This document shows positions 63,586 through 64,000 of a stretch of DNA of 64,000 nucleotides, piece by piece. Within the stretch, counting starts at the first letter, position 1, and every line of letters begins with the position of its first letter. Both the position numbers and the translations under genes were made by a program. Source of the stretch: Bugula neritina. Taxonomy: Eukaryota; Animalia; Bryozoa. Below the pieces are notes generated by a model. It had not been told where the DNA came from. It saw only the letters and a program-made list of their open reading frames with translations, and did not search any database. The stretch spans positions 3,377,751 to 3,441,750 of the forward strand of contig OZ037773.1 in assembly GCA_964035545.1 (NCBI GenBank), in the 5' to 3' direction.

Positions 63586-64000
63586 TGAGTGTTTATTATT
63601 TGATGTGATAAGTTTATTATTCAGTCTGAGTCAATGTAACAAATATTCACATAGTTTTTTACTTATTTGAAAAATTCATCTGCTAGAATCTGCATTTGAG
63701 TATAAAAAGTCTTGCTGTATGCCAAGATATTCAAAACATTTATAGAGCTGCACCTATTATCAAATAACAATATTTATGTAGGACATAAGCTAGCTGTTTA
63801 CAGTGTTTTAATTGATATACAAACTAAACAGTTTGACTGATGTTTTGAAAAGTTTTAGTTAGTTATTGATTTAAATAATTTATTAGGAACAGTAATAATG
63901 ACCAGTGTAAGATCAAGAAAGCAGTTGAAGTAGTGGAGCTCTTGTTGAATTATTTTCCACTCACCTCTGTGTTTGGTCTGGAGAATTTGAATCAGTTTGC

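Overview
AT-rich, intron-dense metazoan (invertebrate-like) genomic DNA; the species cannot be determined from sequence alone. I reconstructed nine genes by hand from GT-AG exons: NMNAT (-), PRPF39 (+), a secreted antistasin/Kunitz Cys-rich protein (+), MRPL28 (-), FNTB (+), GANAB (-), GPATCH4 (+), an intronless rhodopsin-like GPCR (-) and a partial RhoGAP gene (+). The six housekeeping genes form three head-to-head pairs. Main observations beyond the gene content: (1) many minisatellites are built from a functional splice site plus adjacent exon bases, giving arrays of about 3-27 decoy acceptors or donors in PRPF39 (three arrays), FNTB, GANAB and GPATCH4; (2) a degenerate 6-bp-periodic 'ANTNNN' sequence flanks all three bidirectional promoters and is not evident at the other three genes; (3) type I hammerhead ribozyme motifs lie in introns, as an inverted pair in PRPF39 and inside a (TA)n-embedded element in MRPL28; (4) GANAB has an in-frame alternative acceptor at the position of the vertebrate alternatively spliced segment. 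MITEs, tRNA-derived SINEs and fold-back elements are also present. Exon coordinates were read manually and may be off by a few bases.
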